DNA from: Waddliaceae bacterium
GTDB lineage: Bacteria > Chlamydiota > Chlamydiia > Chlamydiales > Waddliaceae
NCBI GenBank assembly: GCA_963724325.1
Contig: CAVRUH010000001.1
Location: forward strand, 416,001-480,000
DNA: 64,000 nucleotides
Direction of reading: 5' to 3'
The translations under genes were made by a program, and so were the position numbers. The notes beneath the pieces were generated by a model, which made no database searches, was not told the origin of the DNA, and saw only the letters and a program-made list of their open reading frames with translations. This document shows positions 1 to 9,400 of this stretch, in pieces. The first letter of the stretch is position 1; each line of letters begins with the position of its first letter.

Positions 1-2332
1 TAGCGAAGCGATTAGCCTTATGAAATCGAGAAAAGTACTTGATGTTGTTGTTCAGAAGCTTGCTTTGCAGGCAACTATCAAGCAGCAGGGTTTGAATTTT
101 CCTCGTTTGCGAAATATCAAGGAAAATTTAATTGCTGAATATGCTTCCCTAACAAATTCCACAAATAGAATTCTAGAAGACCCTCCACCTGTTTTGCGGA
201 TAAGGGACCTGGATTACCAAGGGGACAATACAATTTCTCTTAAGGTAACGTTTTTATCTGAAAATGATTATGAGGTATTTTACAGTGACGATAAGCTAGG
301 CGAGGGAACCTTAAGCATCCCTTTTTATATACCAGGAGTCTCATTTACGCTATACACTCAGGAGCAAGCCCCCCTTTTATCAGAAACCTTTTTTATTACT
401 CTGCACCCTCTCCCTATCATCACGAAAAGAATTTCAAAAAGAGTCGATTTTGCATCCGATTTAAGAGATTCTAAACTCATTAAAATTCAATTTTTGAATC
501 CAGATAGATACGCAGCAAGTCAATTTGTGAATGAGCTCATGTATGCCTATCAGGACCATCTCCGGGATGAGCAACAGAGGATTTCTTCCGAACAAATTTC
601 ATATCTTGAGTCACGTGAAGAGGAAATGGCGGCTCATCTTGAGAAGTTGATGGAAGCTTATGGGGAAAAAGTGACCGCAGACCTTACTCACGTTGGATTT
701 GCCTCTACCCAAACGGCCATGGAATTTCTGACTAAACAGCTGTTAGTTTTGCAAGAAAAGGCCTCCTCTATTGAACTTCAACTTAAAAGGCTTGAAAAAG
801 CCAAAGAAGGGGTTTTGGTTTATGATACATCCTATCAGATTGATGAAAGCACTGCAGGCATCCAGACCTCGCTCACTGAAATGCGACAGCTCAAACATCA
901 GAAAGACACTATAGAACAAGCGTTGCGCCATTTCCCAGACCGAAAACAGCATACTAAGGACTTCCAAGGGATGAATTTGCAAACAGCAAATGAGTTGTAT
1001 GTTAAATATAGTACCGCGCTTAGCCAAGTTGAATCGGATATTTCAGAACGAAAATTTATTATGAGCCAGCTAAAAGAGCCTGGATTTGAAATAAGCTCCC
1101 TCAGCAGCGTCCTAAAAGATCCCATTAGCAACAAAATGATCGATGTTGCTGGACAAATTGTTTTGCAACTAAACGATGACCGTAATAGATCAGAATTAGA
1201 AAAAGAACGGCTTCGAAGAGAACTTGGCATACAAGAAAAATTTCTGAATCGTCATCTAAGCCAGAACTTACAATTGTTAGAGTTAAATCAATATCTTCTA
1301 AAAGAAAAAATTTATTCCATCCAAAGTGCTACTTTAGACCTAATCCATCAGCAAATCGCCACCTACGATAGGCAGCTAGCAGAATTTATTGATACACGCA
1401 TTAATAACCTGCATCAAGAGCGTCTTTTGGTGGCTCAGCATCGAGATGAAACTCGAGCAGAAATGGCAAAACTCCCAAAAAGATGGGTCGCAGATAATCT
1501 GATTCAACTTCACCTCAAAATGAATGAAAAAATGGTTGAGGAAATCACGAAACTTGCAGAATCCAAAAATATTTCTAAAAACCTCGAATCCGTTCAGTCA
1601 GCTCCGATAGATCTTGCCTTTCCTCCAATTCATCCAAAGTCCCCAAAATTGATGTTATGGGGTCTATTGAGCGCTTTTCTAGGTGCTTTTGCTGCAGCCT
1701 CCTGGGCTGTTGGCTCTACAATTTATAGAGGCATCCCCGTTTCAAAAGAGAATTTAGAGCTAGCAAAACTTCATGTGGCAGGTTCTTGGACTGGGAATGA
1801 GACTGATTTAAGTGTATTGCGACGTCTCATTACTCAATTTTCTAAAGAAAAATCGTATGAGGGACGCTCAATTCTTATTTTACAAGGAAAAGGCCCCGAT
1901 TGCTCTCGGAATTTGGGAGAACTTTTAAAAAAGCAGGGTGGAAAGGTATTAATTCTTTCGCTCGATTTCAATGATGCTTCTATCAGTGAGTCAGGATTAA
2001 TTCAATATATTGAGAACAAAGTTCCTTTTCCGACTATTCAGAATGAAGAATATTATGACACAATTTCTTCGGGTGGTCACTCATCGCATGGACCTGAATT
2101 GATTCAATCTGCCCTCTTCGACAAGCTTCTTTTCCAACTTAGTGAGAAGTATGATTGGATTATTGCCAGCTCTTCAATTGGTCCCGACGCTCCCGAAGCG
2201 GAGGCCATGATTAGACTTTTCGACTGTGCAGTCGCTAATGTCCACGATGAAAAGCTCAAAGATCTTTCACCCCTCATCGATCAAGCAATAGCACTTCCCC
2301 CCAAAACAATAGTTTCTTTCGTGTTTTGTTAG
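1..2332 (+). CDS. Wzc/GumC-like polysaccharide co-polymerase (chain-length determinant), 5'-truncated by window edge, degenerate kinase domain
   Basis: Frame open upstream of ATG 20 (SEAISLMKSRKVL, Wzc-like). Long coiled coil, IDLAFPPIHPKSPK followed by a TM helix, then a P-loop-like C-domain without an intact Walker A or Tyr cluster. Confidence 0.75.
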   Translation, partial: SEAISLMKSRKVLDVVVQKLALQATIKQQGLNFPRLRNIKENLIAEYASLTNSTNRILEDPPPVLRIRDLDYQGDNTISLKVTFLSENDYEVFYSDDKLGEGTLSIPFYIPGVSFTLYTQEQAPLLSETFFITLHPLPIITKRISKRVDFASDLRDSKLIKIQFLNPDRYAASQFVNELMYAYQDHLRDEQQRISSEQISYLESREEEMAAHLEKLMEAYGEKVTADLTHVGFASTQTAMEFLTKQLLVLQEKASSIELQLKRLEKAKEGVLVYDTSYQIDESTAGIQTSLTEMRQLKHQKDTIEQALRHFPDRKQHTKDFQGMNLQTANELYVKYSTALSQVESDISERKFIMSQLKEPGFEISSLSSVLKDPISNKMIDVAGQIVLQLNDDRNRSELEKERLRRELGIQEKFLNRHLSQNLQLLELNQYLLKEKIYSIQSATLDLIHQQIATYDRQLAEFIDTRINNLHQERLLVAQHRDETRAEMAKLPKRWVADNLIQLHLKMNEKMVEEITKLAESKNISKNLESVQSAPIDLAFPPIHPKSPKLMLWGLLSAFLGAFAAASWAVGSTIYRGIPVSKENLELAKLHVAGSWTGNETDLSVLRRLITQFSKEKSYEGRSILILQGKGPDCSRNLGELLKKQGGKVLILSLDFNDASISESGLIQYIENKVPFPTIQNEEYYDTISSGGHSSHGPELIQSALFDKLLFQLSEKYDWIIASSSIGPDAPEAEAMIRLFDCAVANVHDEKLKDLSPLIDQAIALPPKTIVSFVFC

Positions 2333-2349
2333 AAATTATTCGTTATTTT

Positions 2350-2412
2350 AAGGCCGCGTCGCGACATTTTAAGGCAACGTCGCGACATTTTAGAGGGGCG
2401 TCGCGACATTTT
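2350..2412 (+). repeat. 3 x 21-bp tandem repeat with palindromic core gtcgcgac
   Basis: aaggccgcgtcgcgacatttt / aaggcaacgtcgcgacatttt / agaggggcgtcgcgacatttt. Only one unit (4102-4122) in the second duplication copy. Confidence 0.9.
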
Positions 2413-2476
2413 GCTCCTTAGTTTTTAAGGATATGATTGGAATACTGGCCGTCATTCGATGTGTCGGGCTTTCAGC

Positions 2477-2800
2477 TTATTAAACAGAATTACACTCCTT
2501 GATGGTAAAAATTCGGGTATTAAATGGGCTAAATTTGCTCCAGGTAAAGATTTAATGAACGCCACATACGGATTAAAGATGCTTTGGGCCAAAAAGAAGC
2601 CCTTTGTGTACGTTGCAAGCGCTGATGTACATAGAAGAGAAGCTATTAAATCACCAGCTCAAAGAGATGCAGAAAAAGAGGCACGTAGAGCTGCAGCAGA
2701 TGCGGAACAAGCTGCTAAAACACAAACTGAAGCAGATGCAAGTAGATTGGAGGAAGAAGATGATAATATATCGGGTCAAAATAGCGGAATCGAAGAGTAA
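2477..2800 (+). pseudogene. 5'-deleted paralog remnant of the 4481-5584 gene
   Basis: LLNRITLLDGKNSGIKWAKFAPGKD and EEEDDNISGQNSGIEE match the C-terminus of 4481-5584. Fused directly to the upstream GC-rich hairpin at 2476. Confidence 0.75.
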
Positions 2801-2838
2801 GCCAGATTCATCTGTAAAAAAATGAGAAGGGGGCATGG

Positions 2839-3336
2839 ATGAAAAAGTTACAAGATCATCACTGGATAGGACCTGATAAAAAGAGCGATGCCGCAGCCAA
2901 AGAACTCGCTGAGAAGGTTATTGCCAAAGGGAGCATTCAGGAGGCTTTAGAGCTGCCCGAAGCATCTGTAGAGCAGTTCTATGGTTATGCTCAAGAATTA
3001 CTTTTGGAAGGTCGTTTTGAGGATGCAGGGGCAGTATTGTTTATTCTCACACTATTATGTCCAGATCGCCCCAGTGTATGGATTTCGTATGGAATGAGCA
3101 AGCACCATCGTGAGGAATATGACATGGCCTTATCTGCCTATGAACATGCATCCATATTAGCACCCGACCTTGTGGCACCCTATCTGTTTGCCGCACAATG
3201 CGCTGTCAGACTGCAAAAAAAAGGTGTTGCATTGATGTACTTGAAACAAATGGAAGAATTGGGCAAGCCGCGTGCAGAGGATAAAGATACTTTAGAGCTT
3301 GCCAAACATTTAAAGGAGGCTATTCTTCATGACTAA
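2839..3336 (+). CDS. SycD/LcrH-family (class II) type III secretion TPR chaperone, copy 1
   Basis: 165 aa, TPR pattern (FYGYAQELLLEGRFEDAGAVLFILTLLCP; ALSAYEHASILAPD; PYLFAAQC). Confidence 0.8.
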   Translation: MKKLQDHHWIGPDKKSDAAAKELAEKVIAKGSIQEALELPEASVEQFYGYAQELLLEGRFEDAGAVLFILTLLCPDRPSVWISYGMSKHHREEYDMALSAYEHASILAPDLVAPYLFAAQCAVRLQKKGVALMYLKQMEELGKPRAEDKDTLELAKHLKEAILHD

Positions 3337-3553
3337 AAAAGCACCATTAAAACATCCTGCCGAAGCACGTTTTTTGCTCCCTCTCTACTACGCTTATATT
3401 GAGAATGAACTGCCCAAAATATGCAAAGAATCAGGTGCCGACTATGAAGAAGAATCCAAAAAGATCATTGAAGGCGCCATGCTCATTGGAGATGAATTTT
3501 GGGATCAATTACAGCGCGGCATTAAACTCCTCAATGAAAAAAAATGGGCTTAG
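3329..3553 (+). CDS. Small hypothetical protein (74 aa), copy 1
   Basis: Overlaps chaperone stop, AAGGAGG RBS upstream, conserved in copy 2 with mostly synonymous changes. Confidence 0.75.
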   Translation: MTKKAPLKHPAEARFLLPLYYAYIENELPKICKESGADYEEESKKIIEGAMLIGDEFWDQLQRGIKLLNEKKWA

Positions 3554-3611
3554 CGATCAGATGCCCCCTTTTCTGAATTTTAGACATCTTTTATAATTTT
3601 ATTATATATTT

Positions 3612-4084
3612 TTAGTGAGGCGTATGATTGGATTATTGCCAGCTATTCAATTGGTCCGTAAGCGTCAAACTAACCCATCCTGATATTTGCCGTCGCTTCG
3701 CTACGCTTACGTATTTCCGGTTTGGAGTGACCCAATTCATTGGGTCTTTTTCCGAGCCGAATTTATTCGGCTCGGTGGAGGGCGACACCTTGCCCCCCTT
3801 AGGTGAATGGCGAAATCTTGCCATGCACAGGGCCGAATAAATTCAGCCCTGAAAAAGACCTAATGAATTAGGTCACTCCAAATTAGACTGAGCGTTGAGT
3901 TAGGCAACAGCTCCGGTTTGACGCTTACATTGGTCCTGACGCTCCCGAAGCGGAGGCCATGATTAGACTTTTCGACTGTGCAGTCGTTAATGTCCACGAT
4001 GAAAAGCTCAAAGATCTTTCAGCCCTCATCGATCAAGCAATAGCACTTCCCCCCAAAACAATAGTTTCTTTCGTGTTTTGTTAG
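3612..4084 (+). pseudogene. Duplicated 3' fragment of wzc-like gene interrupted by MITE
   Basis: Matches 2139-2332 with a 271-bp insertion plus 8-bp duplication. Confidence 0.85.
3658..3928. mobile_element. Non-autonomous IS66-type MITE (271 bp)
   Basis: 13-bp perfect TIR gtaagcgtcaaac (3658-3670 / 3916-3928) and 8-bp TSD attggtcc (3650-3657, 3929-3936). Empty site at 2177-2184. GTAAGCG termini with an 8-bp DR are typical of IS66. Confidence 0.9.
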
Positions 4085-4480
4085 AAATTATTCGTTATTT
4101 TAAGGCCGCGTCGCGACATTTTGCTCCTTAGTTTTTAAGGATATGATTGGAATACTGGCCGTCATTCGATGTGTCGGGCTTTCAGCCCTCGGCGTTCTAT
4201 TTGTCACCCAACCCAGACCTCCGTTCCGCTAGCTTGCGCTTGCCACACTGCGGTGGCCTTCAGCCTTCCGGAGGCCATCCAAGTCCGCATCATTATGAAT
4301 AATAGAATTTTCTTTAAGTCGACACCATTGGGAGATCTTTATGGAAGACGTCGGGCAGAAAAAGAAGTTAAAAGTTGAGTTAATAATTTAGTAAAAACAG
4401 CGTGAAAAACAAATTTTGATTAAAATAATATGTTTATGATATAATTATGAATAGGTAGTGAAATTATTGTTGGAGGTTTT

Positions 4481-5584
4481 ATGAATCGCTTGACTCCAGG
4501 ACAGCGGATAGTAGATCAGCAGGCGACTGTGCAACAGAAAGAAATTCCCATAAAGGGAAGAAGTCATTCAATAAGTGCTTCGACTCAAGCTCCCGAACGT
4601 TCTGGAGTTACCCAAAAAATGAAACACATGCTTCTCTCCATCATCAAAGGCAATGGAAAAACTAGCGAAAATCCTCGAGCTTCCCTAAAACCAAGCCGAG
4701 TAAGCAAGGGACGTGTCGAGAAACAGTCAGAAGAAGCTAATAAGCTAGAGGAATTATCAAATCCTCCCGCAAATCTTCGAAATTCCGTAAAATCAAGCCG
4801 AGTAAGCACAGCATCTGTTTTGGAACAGTCACAAGAACCTAATAAACTAGAGAAATTATCAGCACCACCTAAGGTCCAAGGATATGGAATTTACGAAATA
4901 TCAGAAAAGTCTAGGCCAGATATGTTACGTAGTGCACTTGTTCGCCTTGGAGTTACCAGTCTTGGCGCCCTAGTCCGAATACCTCTCAGTGCATTAAGAT
5001 TAGTTTCCAGCCCATTTATCGCACTCGCCGGAGCAATTGCTTTTGCAAAAGATAAAGAATTGGGCATAAAAATTATAAATTTTGCCGCAAGTAATGCTGT
5101 TATGGGGGTTAGTGGTCCATTAACCAGCGTAGTAGAAATCCTTGGTTCTGCCCTTGGTTCGATAGTTGATCCAATCGTCGGCAAGCCTATCGTTCGGACA
5201 GCACAGATGTGGACTGAAACAAGATTGCTTGCTCCGAAAGTTGCTTGGAATACATTATATTATAAATTTTTTGGAAATTTAGTCCTCCCCCCCCCATTTA
5301 GGGTACACGCTTTATTAGATAGAATTACATTCCTTGATGGAATACATTCTGGTAGTAAATGGGCTAACTTTGCTCCAGGGAAAGATTTTATAAGTGCCTC
5401 TCTAAGAATTGGTGATATTATAAAAAAATCTTCTTCTGGCGCTGAAGTTCATAAATCAAAAATTGCTAATTCGGTTGCTTTAAAGAGAAAAAAATTGATT
5501 GAAAAACCTTATGAAAGACCTATAAGTTCATCGGAGGAAGAAGATGGTAAAATATCAGGTCAAAATAGCGGAATCGAAGAGTAA
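4481..5584 (+). CDS. Putative type III secreted protein (translocator/Inc-like), 367 aa
   Basis: GGAGG RBS. Ser/Lys-rich N-terminus with a 34-aa tandem repeat (102-bp period, 4669 vs 4771), two Gly/Ala-rich hydrophobic segments, directly upstream of a class II chaperone. Confidence 0.6.
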   Translation: MNRLTPGQRIVDQQATVQQKEIPIKGRSHSISASTQAPERSGVTQKMKHMLLSIIKGNGKTSENPRASLKPSRVSKGRVEKQSEEANKLEELSNPPANLRNSVKSSRVSTASVLEQSQEPNKLEKLSAPPKVQGYGIYEISEKSRPDMLRSALVRLGVTSLGALVRIPLSALRLVSSPFIALAGAIAFAKDKELGIKIINFAASNAVMGVSGPLTSVVEILGSALGSIVDPIVGKPIVRTAQMWTETRLLAPKVAWNTLYYKFFGNLVLPPPFRVHALLDRITFLDGIHSGSKWANFAPGKDFISASLRIGDIIKKSSSGAEVHKSKIANSVALKRKKLIEKPYERPISSSEEEDGKISGQNSGIEE

Positions 5585-5623
5585 GCCAGATTCATCTGTT
5601 AAAAAAATGAGAAGGGGGCATGG

Positions 5624-6121
5624 ATGAAAAAGTTACAAGATCATCACTGGATAGGACCTGATAAAAAGAGCGATGCCGCAGCCAAAGAACTCGCTGAGAA
5701 GGTTATTGCCAAAGGGAGCATTCAGGAGGCTTTAGAGCTGCCCGAAGCATCTGTAGAGCAGTTCTATGGTTATGCTCAAGAATTACTTTTGGAAGGTCGT
5801 TTTGAGGATGCAGGGGCAGTATTGTTTATTCTCACACTATTATGTCCAGATCGCCCCAGTGTATGGATTTCGTATGGAATGAGCAAGCACCATCGTGAGG
5901 AATATGACATGGCCTTATCTGCCTATGAACATGCATCCATATTAGCACCCGACCTTGTGGCACCCTATCTGTTTGCCGCTCAATGCGCTGTCAGACTGCA
6001 AAAAAAAGGTGTTGCATTGATGTACTTGAAACAAATGGAAGAATTGGGCAAGCCGCGTGCAGAGGATAAAGATACTTTAGAGCTTGCTAAACATTTAAAG
6101 GAGGCTATTCTTCATGGCTAA
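5624..6121 (+). CDS. SycD/LcrH-family type III secretion TPR chaperone, copy 2
   Basis: Identical to 2839-3336 except the last residue. Confidence 0.8.
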   Translation: MKKLQDHHWIGPDKKSDAAAKELAEKVIAKGSIQEALELPEASVEQFYGYAQELLLEGRFEDAGAVLFILTLLCPDRPSVWISYGMSKHHREEYDMALSAYEHASILAPDLVAPYLFAAQCAVRLQKKGVALMYLKQMEELGKPRAEDKDTLELAKHLKEAILHG

Positions 6122-6338
6122 AAAAGCACCATTAAAACATCCTGCCGAAGCACGTTTTTTGCTTCCACTCTACTACGCTTATATTGAGAATGAACTGCCC
6201 AAAATATGCAAAGAATCGGGTGCTAACTACGAAGAAGAATCCAAAAAGATCATTGAAGGCGCCATGCTCATTGGAGATGAATTTTGGGATCAATTACAGC
6301 GCGGCATTAAACTCCTCAATGAAAAAAAATGGGCTTAG
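6114..6338 (+). CDS. Small hypothetical protein (74 aa), copy 2
   Basis: Paralog of 3329-3553 (2 aa differences). Confidence 0.75.
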   Translation: MAKKAPLKHPAEARFLLPLYYAYIENELPKICKESGANYEEESKKIIEGAMLIGDEFWDQLQRGIKLLNEKKWA

Positions 6339-6450
6339 CGATCAGATGCCCCCTTTTCTGAATTTTAGACATCTTTTATAATTTTATTATATAATTTTTT
6401 GCAAAAATTCCTTTTAGATAATTCATATTTGTGTTATAGTTTCCTCACAT

Positions 6451-9400
6451 ATGAATAATGAAAGCAAAAAAGTAATAGATACTTCAACATTACCAGATGC
6501 CACATGGGGAAGATTTTTGCCGCAAAAAGTCTGCAAGTCCCCATTGGTTACGGTTGTCTCAAAAACGGCTCAACTGCGTGAACGTTTTCTTGATGCGGCT
6601 GGTCCGGCTTCTTATATGAATGATGATGACTTTCCCGAGTTTCTAAAAGATCCCAGAATCGTTAAACGTGCCTTAAAACTACTTAATGAAGATTACATTG
6701 TCGAAGGGAAATCCGTTAACCAATGGATAAAAACGTTTGAAGAAAAAATCGGAGAAGAAAACGTCCTAAAAATTATTCATCCTGGCAGCTCATCACACTA
6801 CACCACAGGTATTCCCCTCCTTAAATGCTGTCTTAATAAATTCTATAACAAAATTTCCCTTCAAGATTATGCAAAGATGTCGGGTAAAATCATGAATAAA
6901 GAATTCAATTATTCAGATGTTGATATAAAAATTCAAGTTAATCAATCAAAAATTTTATCAGATCTTTATGAGAATGTATTAAAAGATAAAACATCCATTG
7001 TATTATTTTCTAATCAAAATATTTTAATTGTACGCATTGGAAAAGAAAATGAACCTCAGATAGACTTCACGTTCTATACTATTGAAGGAGTTGGTTTTGC
7101 TTTTTATGGCGATGATTTTGGAATCGATCTCAAAAATTCCGATTTTAATAATGACATCATTGCCATTACTTCAAAAAACCGTTTGAAATGGTGGCAATCG
7201 AAAGTTTTAGAAATTGCAGAAAATGAAGGGGGGCGAAAAGATTTTCGCCTATTTCTTCGCTTATTAGGCAAGGAATCAAAGGGAGAAGTCTGCATTGATT
7301 CTCTGGAAAGTGAGCTATTCAAAGAATGGATTAAAAAAATAAAGGATATTAAAGAGCAGCTCGATAAACAATGGAAAGATCACGATTCAAAAGCTCCAAT
7401 TGCACGCTATTTAATTAGTTTAAGGGCTCAGCAGGTGATATTTAAACAATTGCCTAATGATAAGGAATTAATTAAACAAGCAGCCAAAATTGATGATGCT
7501 AAAGATATTCCCCCTTTTATTATCCAACTCTTTGAAGCGATGAAAGAAAAAGGAGCGGATATTAGGGCCTTGCACGGACTGCTTGAATGTATTGCTCTTA
7601 ATCACTTGTGCGAAGGGGATGGAAAGGGTTTTCAAGTAAAACTTGTCAAACATGGTTGGAATGAAGACAAACCCGAGTGGGTCATTCGGATGCGCTTTAG
7701 AGGCAATTTTGGGAAGAGGGATCTGCTTCTAAAATTTAAACCCCAGGAATCTTTAGACGCTATAAAAAATATAAATCGAGATCAGCTAAGAAGGATTACT
7801 CATTCCCTTTATATTGATGGATCAAATCTGCGTGAGATAACGACAGATTATAAGAGATCTCTTTCTAGTAATGGTTTGGATCCTAAAACACAAGCGGCGA
7901 TACGCGAGGCGCTTTTTGGTACTAATCGTTACGTAGTATTTACTGAACCTAGCTCGTTGGCTGAACTTGAAATGAGTGCGTGTAAAGACCCCAAGGCAAT
8001 GTTGAATTTAGGTCGATTTATTTTTGATTTTTATGACTATGATCCTAATCTACGTGATTATTTATGTTGGAAGGTTATCGACACGTGTATTGGAGAAAAA
8101 TGGTACTTTCATGGTGCTGAAATGATTCGTATGATGCGCCGAGCCGAGCTGCATCCAGAAGATGGCTACCCGGCATTTTTTATACGCGCACTCACCAATG
8201 GTTGCGATGACAATTTATTAAAGGCCTGCTGCCCTTTTAATCTTGAGGATGAAGAAAAATGGGTTAAACTATTAAAAAATCCGACAAGAAAAACCCTCGC
8301 TGGAATAGTTGCAGAGCTTCATATTTCCTCAGAACTTTTCTTGGAGATGATTCGAATATCGGATATGGAAAAACAAAGCATGAGTGAAGGAATGCTTTGC
8401 GGAATAATACAAGATAACCCTGCTGAAGCATATGCCTGGATTGAAAAAATGGATAAATTCGAATTTATCACCGATGCATATAAAAAATTGTTAAGCAGTG
8501 TAATCATTCAAAACCGCGGTGTTTTTTCATGCAATTGGCTACTAAAATTTCTAAAAACAGAGCGCTTTGAAGGTAAAATGGATGAGAAAATCAGCCTATG
8601 CTCATACATGATTTCAACCCAGATTCCCGTATTGGAAAAGGCAGAATTACTCGAGAAATTAAAAATAGACGATTCAAGTCTGTGGCGTAATATTGCCAAT
8701 GAATGCGTCAGCCATGGTGAAGTTCTACCTAAATCAATTGAAAATCGTCAAGACATTGGTGCAAAAGAAATTATTTCTTGTTTCAAGATTATTGAGCGTG
8801 CCGATGAACAAGCCATAGAGGATCTAAGGGCAATTAATGGACTATTAGATAAGCAACTTCGCGGTGCTATACTTATTAGAATCCTCAGAAATTGGAAAAT
8901 CAAAAAAGCATCCCCCGAGGTTCTAGAGTTTTTCGATATTAGTGAGAAAGATTGGAAATGGGCTGATTTTGCTTTCAAAGCAAATGATGCCGGAAGCATT
9001 CTTAAAGAGCTGAAGGATAGAAAGGGTGCATTCGCTCTATATTCATCATTATTTCGCGTATTGCAACCCAAAGAGCCTTATTTCAGCAAGTGGTGGGTAA
9101 ATATGTGTCTAGCGTTCACAGAAAAATTTTCACTTGAAAAATTTCTTACTCTGCTAGAACAACCAAAAATCAGAGATTGCTTAAGGATAGCTGAGCAAGA
9201 ACTATTGCCTATTATTAATAAAATTAAGAAATCTGAGAGGGGTCTCAACCTAATCATCGATGTCCTTGATAAGCCCTCACAGGAACTACTCTACATATTG
9301 ATGGATGAAGCTATCAAGTTTAACGATGATGCAAAAATTGCTTCTAGATTATTCTTAAAATATCACGATAATGCAAAATCAAAGAAAAATAATGCATATA

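Larger units (their letters stand above)
2139..3610 (+). repeat. Tandem duplication unit, copy 1 (3' end of wzc-like gene, intergenic DNA, truncated substrate gene, chaperone, 74-aa gene)
   Basis: Near-identical to 3612-6394 except for an internal ~1.1-kb deletion, extra 21-bp repeats, a diverged substrate segment and absence of the MITE. Confidence 0.9.
3612..6394 (+). repeat. Tandem duplication unit, copy 2
   Basis: Starts with a re-copied wzc 3' end (ttagtgag...) and ends at ttttataattttattatata like copy 1. Confidence 0.9.

Noticed and set aside
2350..2412. Possible mini-CRISPR array
   Set aside because: Constant part is 14 bp and variable part only 7 bp, and there are no cas genes in the window
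3628..3840. Short ORFs across the MITE
   Set aside because: No transposase motifs, and they arise from the palindromic insert
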